Source: Thermaceae bacterium (GTDB taxonomy: Bacteria > Deinococcota > Deinococci > Deinococcales > Marinithermaceae). Taken from it: a stretch of 39,713 nt of DNA. The notes beneath the pieces were generated by a model that worked only from the letters and a program-made list of their open reading frames with translations, had not been told where the DNA came from and ran no database searches. Location: NCBI GenBank assembly GCA_027023345.1, contig JALVVO010000151.1:1-39713 (forward strand), read 5' to 3'. This document shows, in pieces, positions 10,999 through 18,173 of this stretch; the stretch's first letter is position 1; each line of letters starts with the position of its first letter. A program made the position numbers and the translations under genes.

Positions 10999-11681
10999 TC
11001 GAGCGCGAGGGCCTCGCCGGGCTTCAGGGCCTGGCCCTCGAAGCCGAGCGCCTGGGCGCGGGCGACGAAGGCCTCGCCGTCCTGCTCGATCGGCGGGAAG
11101 GTGTTGTAGTGGATGGGGACCACCGCCCGGGGCCTTAGGAGCTCGAGCGCCCGGAGGGCGTCGTCCGGCCCCATGGTGAAGGTGTCGCCGATGGGCAGGA
11201 GGGCGAGGTCGAGCCCCACCTCGCCGATGAGGCGCATGTCGGAAAAGAGCGCGGTGTCGCCGGCGTGGTAGATCCGCCGGTCCAGGAGCTCGATCACCAC
11301 CCCCATGGGCATGCCGCCGTAGGTTCCGTCAGGGAACGAGGAGGAGTGCCAGGCGGGGAAGAACTTCAGCCAGCCGCCCTCGAAGGCGTAGGTCCCGCCG
11401 ATGTTCATCGGCCAGGCCTCGGCCCCCCGCGCCTGGGCGTAGCTCGCGATCTCGAAGGTGGAGACCACCTTGGCCCCGGTGCGCTTCGCGATCCGGAGCG
11501 TGTCCCCCCAGTGGTCGCCGTGGGCGTGGGTGAGGACGATCAGGTCGGCCTCGACCTCGTCCGGTCCGGCCGCCGCCAGGGGGTTGCCTTCGAGGAAGGG
11601 GTCGATGAGGATGCGCGTCTCGCCGCCTTTGATCCACGTCGCCGCGTGGCCCAGGAACCGTACCTCCACCATCTCGCTCAC
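10995..11681 (-). CDS. Metallo-beta-lactamase-fold hydrolase (UPF0173-type)
   Basis: 228 aa. Metal motif LTHAHGDHWGD, later HSS and H at PIHYNTF. The size and layout fit UPF0173 metal-dependent hydrolases. Confidence 0.8.
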   Translation of the reverse strand: MSEMVEVRFLGHAATWIKGGETRILIDPFLEGNPLAAAGPDEVEADLIVLTHAHGDHWGDTLRIAKRTGAKVVSTFEIASYAQARGAEAWPMNIGGTYAFEGGWLKFFPAWHSSSFPDGTYGGMPMGVVIELLDRRIYHAGDTALFSDMRLIGEVGLDLALLPIGDTFTMGPDDALRALELLRPRAVVPIHYNTFPPIEQDGEAFVARAQALGFEGQALKPGEALALE

Positions 11682-11703
11682 CTCCCGCTTTGGTCATACT
11701 CTA

Positions 11704-12153
11704 TCACCCGATCTCGACGCGCTCGGGCAGGGAGGCGAGTACCCGGGTGAGGTTTCGCGCGAGCGCCGCCTCGGCCATGCGGCGGAGCGCCCGCCCGCCC
11801 CACTTCTCGCCGGCGGGGAGCTCGGCGTGGAGTACCAGGCGGACGCGGTAGCGGAGCTCGTTGCCCCGGGCCTCGCCGACGCCGGCGAGCTCGGCCCAAA
11901 AGTGCTTTTCCGTAAGGGGGACCGGCGCCAGTTCGGCGCGCTCCACGCCGGAGACGAGGCTCTCGAAGGGGAAGCAGACCCGGCCGAAGATCGGGGCCTC
12001 GCCACACAGACGCCCGGAGAAGCGCGCGCCCTCGCGCTTGAGCTCCTCGAGGCCGGGCAGGGCGGCGAAGACCCGCTCGGGGGCGAACAACAGCTCCCGC
12101 GCCCGGCCCTCGGGCGCCTGGAGGGCGAAGGCGAAGCGGTGCTCGACCTCCAT
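11704..12153 (-). CDS. Hypothetical protein (possibly a Deinococcus-Thermus-restricted DUF; beta-rich core plus C-terminal helix, SRPBCC-like by eye)
   Basis: The track ORF is trimmed to ATG 12153, preceded by GGGTGGA. That ATG shares its A with the upstream TGA (TGATG). High GC3. No recognisable catalytic motif. Confidence 0.5.
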   Translation of the reverse strand: MEVEHRFAFALQAPEGRARELLFAPERVFAALPGLEELKREGARFSGRLCGEAPIFGRVCFPFESLVSGVERAELAPVPLTEKHFWAELAGVGEARGNELRYRVRLVLHAELPAGEKWGGRALRRMAEAALARNLTRVLASLPERVEIG

Positions 12154-12365
12154 CAGTCCACCCACTCGACCTTGACCTTGCCGGCCTTCTTGAGCGCCTC
12201 GATCTCGGCGTCGGTGGCCGGGGCCAGCCGGGGCAGCTGGGCGAACTTAGGGGTGCGGCTGGCGAGCCCCACCCGCACCACCAGCACCCCCTCGCGTTCG
12301 TCCTTGCCGATCCGCCAGACCAGGTGCTGCCCGAGCTCGAGGAGTTTGGCCCTGTGCTCGTCCAT
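12153..12365 (-). CDS. Small hypothetical protein (70 aa)
   Basis: ATG at 12365 is preceded by GGAGGCGAG. High GC3. Translationally coupled to the next gene. No known motif recognised. Confidence 0.5.
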   Translation of the reverse strand: MDEHRAKLLELGQHLVWRIGKDEREGVLVVRVGLASRTPKFAQLPRLAPATDAEIEALKKAGKVKVEWVD

Positions 12366-12399
12366 ATCTCGCCTCCATCCTAGCGCCCCGGGCGGGCCC

Positions 12400-13566
12400 C
12401 TACTCGAGGGCCTCGAGCACCGCGAACTTGAGGTAGCCGGTCTCGGGGACGTTGACCAGCACCGGGTGGTCGGCGGCCTGCCCCCGGCGCGCCACCAGCC
12501 GGAAGGTCCGCCGGGCGTCGCCGGCGGCGTCCCTCAGCATGGCCAGGAACGCCTCCTCCCCGAGGTGGTGGCTGCAGGAGGCGGTGAGCAGGTGGCCGCC
12601 GGGGCGGACGAGGCGCATCGCCCGCAGGTTGACCTCCTTGTAGGCGGCGTAGGCGCGCTCGAGGTCGGCCCTCTTGCGGGCGAAGGAGGGCGGGTCGAGG
12701 ACCACGAGGTCGTAGGCGGGACCCCGGCGGGCCTCGCGCTTTAGGAAGTCGAAGGCGTTGGCCTCGAGGGTCTCCAGATTTTCGAGGCGGTTCTTCCGCG
12801 CCGCCTCCCGGGCCACGCGGAGCGCCTCCTCCGAGGCGTCCACCACCGTGACCCGCGCGGCGTGGCGGGCGACGTGCAGGGCGAAGCCGCCCTGGTAGCC
12901 GAAGACGTCGAGGGCGCTTTCGGGTCGGGTGCGGGCGGCGAGCTCGCCGGCTAGGAGCCGGTTCTCCCGCTGGTCCAGGAAGGCCCCGGTCTTCTGGCCG
13001 GAGCGGGGGCGGACCGGGAGCCAGACCGGCCCCTCCTCGATCCAGAGGAGCTCGGGCACTTCGCCGTGGGCGAGCTCGACGTAGCGGGGAAGGCCCTCCT
13101 GGAGGCGGCCGCGGGCGTCGTTCTTGAAGAGCAGGCCGCGGGGCTCGAGGGCCTCCACCAGGGCGCGGGCCAGGGTCTCCCGCCGGGCCTCGAGGGCGGC
13201 GGCGCCGATCTGCACGACCAGGTGCCCAGCGTACTCGTCCACCACCAAGCCGGGGAGGAAGTCCCCCTCGGCGTGCACGAGCCGGCGGCCGCCCTCGGGC
13301 CGCTTTTGCCGGTCCTCGGCCCGTCGGGCGAGGGCCCGCTCCAGGTTTTGGAGCCAGACCGCCCAGGGCTCGCCCTCCCGCCAGGCGTAGGCCCGCACCG
13401 CCAGCTCGCTCTTGGGGTTGAAGAGCGCCAGGGCGAGAAACCGCCCCCGGTGCCGCACCGGGTAGAGGCCGGGCTCGGCCGGGGCGCTCCGCACCGCGCT
13501 CCGGTAGACCCAGGGGTGGCGGGCGAGGAGGCGCTTCGCCCCGCGTTCATCGATCTCGACGACCAT
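12400..13566 (-). CDS. Class I SAM-dependent rRNA 5-methylcytosine methyltransferase (RlmI/RlmO type, PUA + MTase)
   Basis: The track ORF is trimmed to ATG 13566 (MVVEIDERGAKRLLARHPWVY, a PUA-like N-terminus). SAM motif LDVFGYQGGFA, motif IV VVLDPPSFA, catalytic Cys motif LLTASCSHH. It lies next to the V-ATPase operon, as I recall for T. thermophilus. Confidence 0.85.
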   Translation of the reverse strand: MVVEIDERGAKRLLARHPWVYRSAVRSAPAEPGLYPVRHRGRFLALALFNPKSELAVRAYAWREGEPWAVWLQNLERALARRAEDRQKRPEGGRRLVHAEGDFLPGLVVDEYAGHLVVQIGAAALEARRETLARALVEALEPRGLLFKNDARGRLQEGLPRYVELAHGEVPELLWIEEGPVWLPVRPRSGQKTGAFLDQRENRLLAGELAARTRPESALDVFGYQGGFALHVARHAARVTVVDASEEALRVAREAARKNRLENLETLEANAFDFLKREARRGPAYDLVVLDPPSFARKRADLERAYAAYKEVNLRAMRLVRPGGHLLTASCSHHLGEEAFLAMLRDAAGDARRTFRLVARRGQAADHPVLVNVPETGYLKFAVLEALE

Positions 13567-13586
13567 CTTTTTGAGTCTAATCCGCG

Positions 13587-13616
13587 TTGACACTGGCGGA
13601 AGGCCGCCGGTATTAT
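13587..13616 (+). promoter_or_regulatory. Sigma-A-type promoter of the V/A-ATPase operon
   Basis: TTGACA (13587-13592), 18-nt spacer, TATTAT (13611-13616). The predicted start is near 13623. Confidence 0.55.
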
Positions 13617-13662
13617 GCCCGGGGCGCGGTTTCCGCGCGTTTTCCGGTGGAGGGGAGTGCCT

Positions 13663-13977
13663 ATGCATGGCCTAGGACTGATCAAGAGCCTGGCGGAGCG
13701 CGAGCGCGAGCTCGCGGCGAAGCTCGAGGAGGCCAAACGGATGGCCGAGGACAAGCTACGCCAGGCCCAAGAGGAAGCCCAGAAAAAGCTCGAGGCCGCA
13801 GAGGCCGAGGCGGCCCGGTTGCTGGAGGAGGGCCGGGCTGAGATCGAAAAACGGGTCCGCGATATCGAGTCCGAGGCCGAGGCCCGGGCCGAGGCCGAGG
13901 CCAAGAAGGTGCGCGAGATCGCCGAGGGCCGGCTCGAGGACGCCGCCGCGCGCGTCCTCGAGGAGGTGGTTCCGTGA
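13663..13977 (+). CDS. V/A-type ATP synthase peripheral-stalk subunit G (Thermus nomenclature)
   Basis: Trimmed to ATG 13663 after GGTGGAGGGGA. 104 aa, all coiled coil (GLGLIKSLAERERELAAKLEEAK...VLEEVVP), closely resembling the remembered T. thermophilus subunit G. Confidence 0.8.
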   Translation: MHGLGLIKSLAERERELAAKLEEAKRMAEDKLRQAQEEAQKKLEAAEAEAARLLEEGRAEIEKRVRDIESEAEARAEAEAKKVREIAEGRLEDAAARVLEEVVP

Positions 13978-15941
13978 TCGCACCCATGGAGAAGCTGGTG
14001 GTGGCGGGGCCGAGGCGCCTCGCCCGCGAGCTTCTCGCCGAGCTCCAGCGGGCCGGGGTGGTGCACATCGATCCCCTGCGCCCCGAGGAGCTCGAGGCCT
14101 ACGCCCTCTCCGAGGAGGAGAAGGCGCAGCTCAAGGAGTGGGAGCGGATCGCCGCCGGCGCCGAGCAGGCGGCGAAGCTGCTCGGGCTCGAGCTCGAGCC
14201 CAAGAAGCCCTTCACCGGAAGCCAGGCCGAGGTCGCCCAGGCGCTGGAGCCGGTGGTGCAGAAGGCCAGCGTGCTCGCCGGCGAGCGCGAGCGGCTCTTG
14301 GAGGAGCTCGAGTTCCTACGCCTCTACCGCGGCGCCGTCGAGGCCCTGGCCGAGCTCGTGGACGGGCTCGACCGGAGCCGCTGGCTCCGGGTGCTTCCCG
14401 TCCTCCTGGAAAAGGAGGAGCTCGTCGCCGGGCTGGAGGCCGCCCTCGCCGAGGCCCTTCCGGAGCGCTACGTCCTCGCCGCCAAGCCCGCCGGCGAGGT
14501 GTGGGCGGCGGCGGTGGTGGTGCTCAAGGGCGAGGCCGACGCCGCCCGGGCGGCGCTCGGGCGCCTCGGGCTCTCGGAGTTCCGCCTCCCCGGCGCTTAC
14601 GCGGACTTGAGCCTCTCCGAAGCCAAGCTCAAGATGGCCGAGCGGGCCCGGCTCGCCCCCGGGGAGCTCGAGAGCGTGGAGGAGGCGATCCGCGCGCTCG
14701 TGCGCGAGGCCCGGGAGAAGCTGATGGCGATCTGGACCCGGGCGAAGGACGAGATCGAGCGCCTGAAGCGGCTCGAGTCCCTGGCCCGGGGCCGGTTTTC
14801 GTTCGGGCTCTTCGGCTGGGTGCCGGTGAGCAAGAAGTCGCGGGTCGAGGAGGCCCTCGAGCGCCTGCGCGAGCGCGTGGTCTACGCCTTCGAGCCGGTG
14901 GACGAGCACCACGAGGCCGACCGCGTCCCGGTCACGCTCGAGAACCCGGCCTGGATCCGGCCGTTCGAGACCCTGGTCACTTTCCTGAACGTGCCCAAGT
15001 ACGGCACCTGGGACCCGAGCTGGGTGCTCGCCGCCTTCTTCCCCTTCTGGTTCGGGATGATCGTCGGCGACATCGGCTACGCCATGCTGTTTTGGCTGCT
15101 GGCCCGCTTCCTGGCCGGCTACGTCCGGCGCGGCGAGCCCCTGGTGCTCGACCTCTTCGGCATGAAGCTCGCCCCGGCGGCGCTCGACAACACCGTGCGC
15201 ATCCTGAAGCCGATGGTCTTCTGGACGGTGGTCTTCGGCATCCTCTACGGGGAGTTCTTCGGCAACTTCCTCGAGCACCTGGGGGTCTTCTACGTCCCCG
15301 GGCACGGCGAGGGGCTCTTTAGGATCCTGCTCCCCCGAACCCTGGGGGCCACCGCCGGGATGCTGATCCTGGTCACCATCCTCTTCGGCGTCTTCATGGT
15401 CCTCTACGGCCTCGCCGTCCGCGCCTGGCTGGGTTGGCGCCACCGCCACCTCCGCCATTTCTGGGAGGCGGTGGGCTACCTGGGCGGGCTGGTGGCGCTC
15501 ATCGTGCTCGCCTACGCCTTCCTGACCGGCACGAGCTCCCCGCTCTTTACCGCCCTGATGGTCCTCGGCTTCGGGCTTTGGGTGCTCGGCGCCGTGCTCG
15601 CGCGGATGCCGCTGATGATCACCGAGCTCCCCACCCAGGGCGGGCACATGCTGAGCTACGTCCGTATCTACGCGGTGGGGGTGACCGGGGCCATCATGGC
15701 CAACCTCTCCACCGACCTCGGCTTCGCCCTCGCCGGCAAGCTGGGGCTCATCGGGGTATTGCTTGGACTCGTCGTGGGCCTAGCCGTGCACGGGCTGGTG
15801 CTCGCGTTGACCACCATTGGGCACGTGCTCCAACCCGTTCGTTTGATCTGGGTAGAGTTCTTTACCAAGTTCGGGTTCTACGACGAGTCGGGTCGGCCCT
15901 ACCGGCCGTTTTCGTCCGTCCGCAACAACGCGGGTGCGTGA
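13974..15941 (+). CDS. atpI: V/A-type ATP synthase subunit I (membrane a-subunit)
   Basis: The GTG overlaps the upstream stop (GTGA). The N-terminus (M)IAPMEKLVVAGP is the same as the remembered Thermus subunit I. The C-terminal TM domain carries LSYVRIYAVG (essential Arg) and FTKFGFYDESGRPYRPF. Confidence 0.92.
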   Translation: MIAPMEKLVVAGPRRLARELLAELQRAGVVHIDPLRPEELEAYALSEEEKAQLKEWERIAAGAEQAAKLLGLELEPKKPFTGSQAEVAQALEPVVQKASVLAGERERLLEELEFLRLYRGAVEALAELVDGLDRSRWLRVLPVLLEKEELVAGLEAALAEALPERYVLAAKPAGEVWAAAVVVLKGEADAARAALGRLGLSEFRLPGAYADLSLSEAKLKMAERARLAPGELESVEEAIRALVREAREKLMAIWTRAKDEIERLKRLESLARGRFSFGLFGWVPVSKKSRVEEALERLRERVVYAFEPVDEHHEADRVPVTLENPAWIRPFETLVTFLNVPKYGTWDPSWVLAAFFPFWFGMIVGDIGYAMLFWLLARFLAGYVRRGEPLVLDLFGMKLAPAALDNTVRILKPMVFWTVVFGILYGEFFGNFLEHLGVFYVPGHGEGLFRILLPRTLGATAGMLILVTILFGVFMVLYGLAVRAWLGWRHRHLRHFWEAVGYLGGLVALIVLAYAFLTGTSSPLFTALMVLGFGLWVLGAVLARMPLMITELPTQGGHMLSYVRIYAVGVTGAIMANLSTDLGFALAGKLGLIGVLLGLVVGLAVHGLVLALTTIGHVLQPVRLIWVEFFTKFGFYDESGRPYRPFSSVRNNAGA

Positions 15942-15957
15942 TCAAAGGAGGTATGCG

Positions 15958-16260
15958 ATGAAGAAGTTCGGTGCGATTCTGGCGGTTTTGGTCTTGGGTG
16001 CGCTGGCCTTCGCGGCGGAGGCCGCGGGGGCCGCGGGCGTGGGTACCGGCAAGGGGCTGATCGCCGTCGGCGTCGGCCTCGCCATCGGCCTCTCGGCGCT
16101 GGGCACCGGGTACGCGCAGTCCCGGATCGGTGCCGCCGCCGTCGGCGCGGTCGCCGAGAAGCCCTCGATGTTCGGTACCGGCATCATCTTCCTGCTCCTG
16201 CCCGAGACCCTGGTGATCTTCGGCTTCCTGTTCGCCTTCCTGCTCTGGGTCAAGATCTAG
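15958..16260 (+). CDS. atpK: V/A-type ATP synthase proteolipid subunit K (c-ring)
   Basis: ATG lies 6 nt after AAGGAGG (15945-15951). 100 aa, Gly/Ala-rich TM helices, carboxylate in LLLPETLVIFG. Confidence 0.85.
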   Translation: MKKFGAILAVLVLGALAFAAEAAGAAGVGTGKGLIAVGVGLAIGLSALGTGYAQSRIGAAAVGAVAEKPSMFGTGIIFLLLPETLVIFGFLFAFLLWVKI

Positions 16261-16288
16261 GCCGCCCGCCGGCCCCAAGGAGCCGAAC

Positions 16289-16855
16289 GTGTCCAAGCTG
16301 GAGACCATCCTCCAGGAAGAGGCCATCCGCGAGATCAACCAGATCCTCGCCGAGGCCGAGGAGAAGGCCCGGGCCCTCTTGGCCGAGGCCGAGGCCAAGG
16401 CGGAGCAGATCAAGCTCGCCGCCGAGCGCCGGCTGGAGGCCGAGCGCCGCGCGGCCCTGGCCCGGGCCGAGAGCGCGGCCGAGCTCAAGGTGGCCACCGC
16501 CCGCATGAAGGCCCGCGGCGAGATGATCGAGCGGGCCAAGCGGATGGTCGCCGAGCGGCTCCAGGGCATGGGCGCCGATCCCCGCTACCCCGAGATCTTG
16601 AAAAAGCTCGCCGAGGAAGCGGTGGCGGCCGTGGCCGAGCCGGGCTGGGTGGCCCTGGCGCCGGAGGACACCGGCCACCTCGAGGACTGGGCGAAGGAGC
16701 GGGGCCTTTCGGTCAAGGCCGACCCCGGGGTCCGGCTCGGGGTCCGGGTCTACGCCAAGGGCGGCGACACCTACGTGGAGAACACCCTGCCCGGCCGCCT
16801 GGAGCGCGCTTGGGAAGAGCTCGCCGCCCGGGTGGCCCAGGTGCTCTGGGGGTAG
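16289..16855 (+). CDS. atpE: V/A-type ATP synthase subunit E (peripheral stalk)
   Basis: GTG start after AAGGAG. 188 aa with an N-terminal long coiled coil and a C-terminal globular domain. Operon position supports the call. Confidence 0.8.
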   Translation: MSKLETILQEEAIREINQILAEAEEKARALLAEAEAKAEQIKLAAERRLEAERRAALARAESAAELKVATARMKARGEMIERAKRMVAERLQGMGADPRYPEILKKLAEEAVAAVAEPGWVALAPEDTGHLEDWAKERGLSVKADPGVRLGVRVYAKGGDTYVENTLPGRLERAWEELAARVAQVLWG

Positions 16856-16858
16856 CCC

Positions 16859-17839
16859 GTGGCCGACGACTTCGGATACCTGGGCGCGCGGGTGCGAAGC
16901 CGCCGAGGGGAGCTCCTGCCCGAGAGCTTCTTCACCGAGGCCCTCTCGGTGGGTTTCTCCGACTACCTCCGCATGCTCGCCGAGACCCCCTACGGGGCGT
17001 ACCTCACCGGGGAGGCGCTCGCCGACGTGGACCGGGCGGTGAGCGAGCTCTTCCGCCGCCGCGTCGCCGACCTCGAGGGGCTCGCCTCCGGCGAGGCCCG
17101 GGAGGCGCTCCGGTTGCTCTTCCTCCGCGCCGACCTGGCCAACGTCAAGGCCATCCTCCGGGCCAAGGCCACCGGCCGTCCGGCCGAGGAGGTGCGCGCG
17201 CGGCTTTTGGGGGGGAGCCTCCCCGAGCCGGTGCTCGCCGCCCTGCTCGAGGCCGGGGACGCCGCCGGCATGGCCCAGGCGCTGGTGCTTCCCGGCCATC
17301 CCCTGGCCCGGGCGCTCCGCCGGGCGGCGGCGGAGGCGGCGGACGCCTTCGAGGCCGAGCTCCTGCTCGACCGCTACTTCCTGGCCGAGCTGGTTCGCGA
17401 GGCCGGTCGCTACGGAGGGGCCTTCGCCGAGTACTTCAAGGACGAGCTCGAGCTCACCAACCTGGCCACCGCCTTTAAGCTCGCGGCCCTGGGCGGCGCG
17501 GAGGAGCCCGAGCGCTACTACGTGCCCGGCGGGCGCTACCTGAACCGGGCGCTCTTCGCCCGCATCGCCGGGGGCGAGGTCGAGGCGGTGGACGAGCTCC
17601 AGAGCACCCCCCTCGCCCCCTTCGCCGGGGTGCGGGACCTGGCCGAGCTCGAGCGCCGCGCGCGCTGCTTCCTGCTCGGGCGGGCGGCGCGGGCCGCGAC
17701 CGACGTCTTGGGCCCGGGGCTCGTGCTCGACTACGTCCGCCGGCGGGAGTGGGAGGGCGCCCGGGTCCGGCTCCTCGCCCGCCGCGCCTACTACGGCTTG
17801 CCGGCCCAGGCGGTGGAGAGGGAGGTGACCTGCGGGTGA
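16859..17839 (+). CDS. atpC: V/A-type ATP synthase subunit C (eukaryotic d-like rotor socket)
   Basis: 326 aa, all-helical (YLGARVRSRRGELL.., LANVKAILRAK). Its position between E and F matches the Thermus operon. Confidence 0.85.
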   Translation: MADDFGYLGARVRSRRGELLPESFFTEALSVGFSDYLRMLAETPYGAYLTGEALADVDRAVSELFRRRVADLEGLASGEAREALRLLFLRADLANVKAILRAKATGRPAEEVRARLLGGSLPEPVLAALLEAGDAAGMAQALVLPGHPLARALRRAAAEAADAFEAELLLDRYFLAELVREAGRYGGAFAEYFKDELELTNLATAFKLAALGGAEEPERYYVPGGRYLNRALFARIAGGEVEAVDELQSTPLAPFAGVRDLAELERRARCFLLGRAARAATDVLGPGLVLDYVRRREWEGARVRLLARRAYYGLPAQAVEREVTCG

Positions 17840-18162
17840 AGATCGCCGTCCTCACCGATTCCGAGAGCGCCTCGGGCTTTCGCCTGGCGGGGCTTGAGGT
17901 CCACGTCGCCGAGGGGCGCGAGGACGCCCTCTCTAAGCTCAAGGAGCTCGCGCTCCGCGAGGACCTCGCCCTGCTCGCGGTGGACCAGGGCCTGATCGAG
18001 GATCCCCAGTCCTTGCTTGCCCGCGAGCTCCGGGGCCGGGCGCTGCCGGTGGTGCTGCCCTTCCCCTCGCTCGGCTTCGCCTTCGCCGAGGAGGGAGCGA
18101 ACGCGAGGGGCTACATTCGCCGTCTGGTCAAGGCCACCATCGGCTACGAGATCAAGCTCTAG
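17836..18162 (+). CDS. atpF: V/A-type ATP synthase subunit F
   Basis: The track ORF is trimmed to GTG 17836, which overlaps the atpC stop (GTGA). 108 aa ([21 protein letters not shown]). Confidence 0.8.
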   Translation: MKIAVLTDSESASGFRLAGLEVHVAEGREDALSKLKELALREDLALLAVDQGLIEDPQSLLARELRGRALPVVLPFPSLGFAFAEEGANARGYIRRLVKATIGYEIKL

Positions 18163-18173
18163 AGGGAGGAAGC

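Noticed and set aside
11704-12365. Reading the 70-aa / 149-aa coupled pair as a toxin-antitoxin module
   Set aside because: No recognisable toxin fold (PIN, RelE, MazF, HEPN and so on) or antitoxin DNA-binding motif is present. The pair is embedded mid-operon rather than standing alone with its own autoregulated promoter.
12400-13668. N-terminal extensions in the ORF track: 12400-13668, 2653-3168, 28879-30957, 32145-33362, 17749-18162, 13615-13977, 15934-16260
   Set aside because: The extensions are Arg/Pro/His-rich and lack an RBS. They would also run through upstream genes or promoters. The internal starts have GGAGG-type RBS or GTGA/ATGA coupling and match the expected family N-termini.
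13780-13910. An apparent GAGGCC/GCCGAG tandem repeat
   Set aside because: It is the nucleotide image of the Glu/Ala-rich coiled coil (EAEAARLLEE...EAEARAEAEAKK) of V-ATPase subunit G. It is not an independent DNA repeat.
12951-14066. A 371-aa minus-strand ORF running across the rlm / V-ATPase intergenic promoter region
   Set aside because: It crosses a consensus promoter and the real start of the methyltransferase, and it is Ser/Arg/Ala-rich with no motif. It is a shadow of rlm (alternate frame) and subunit G (antisense).
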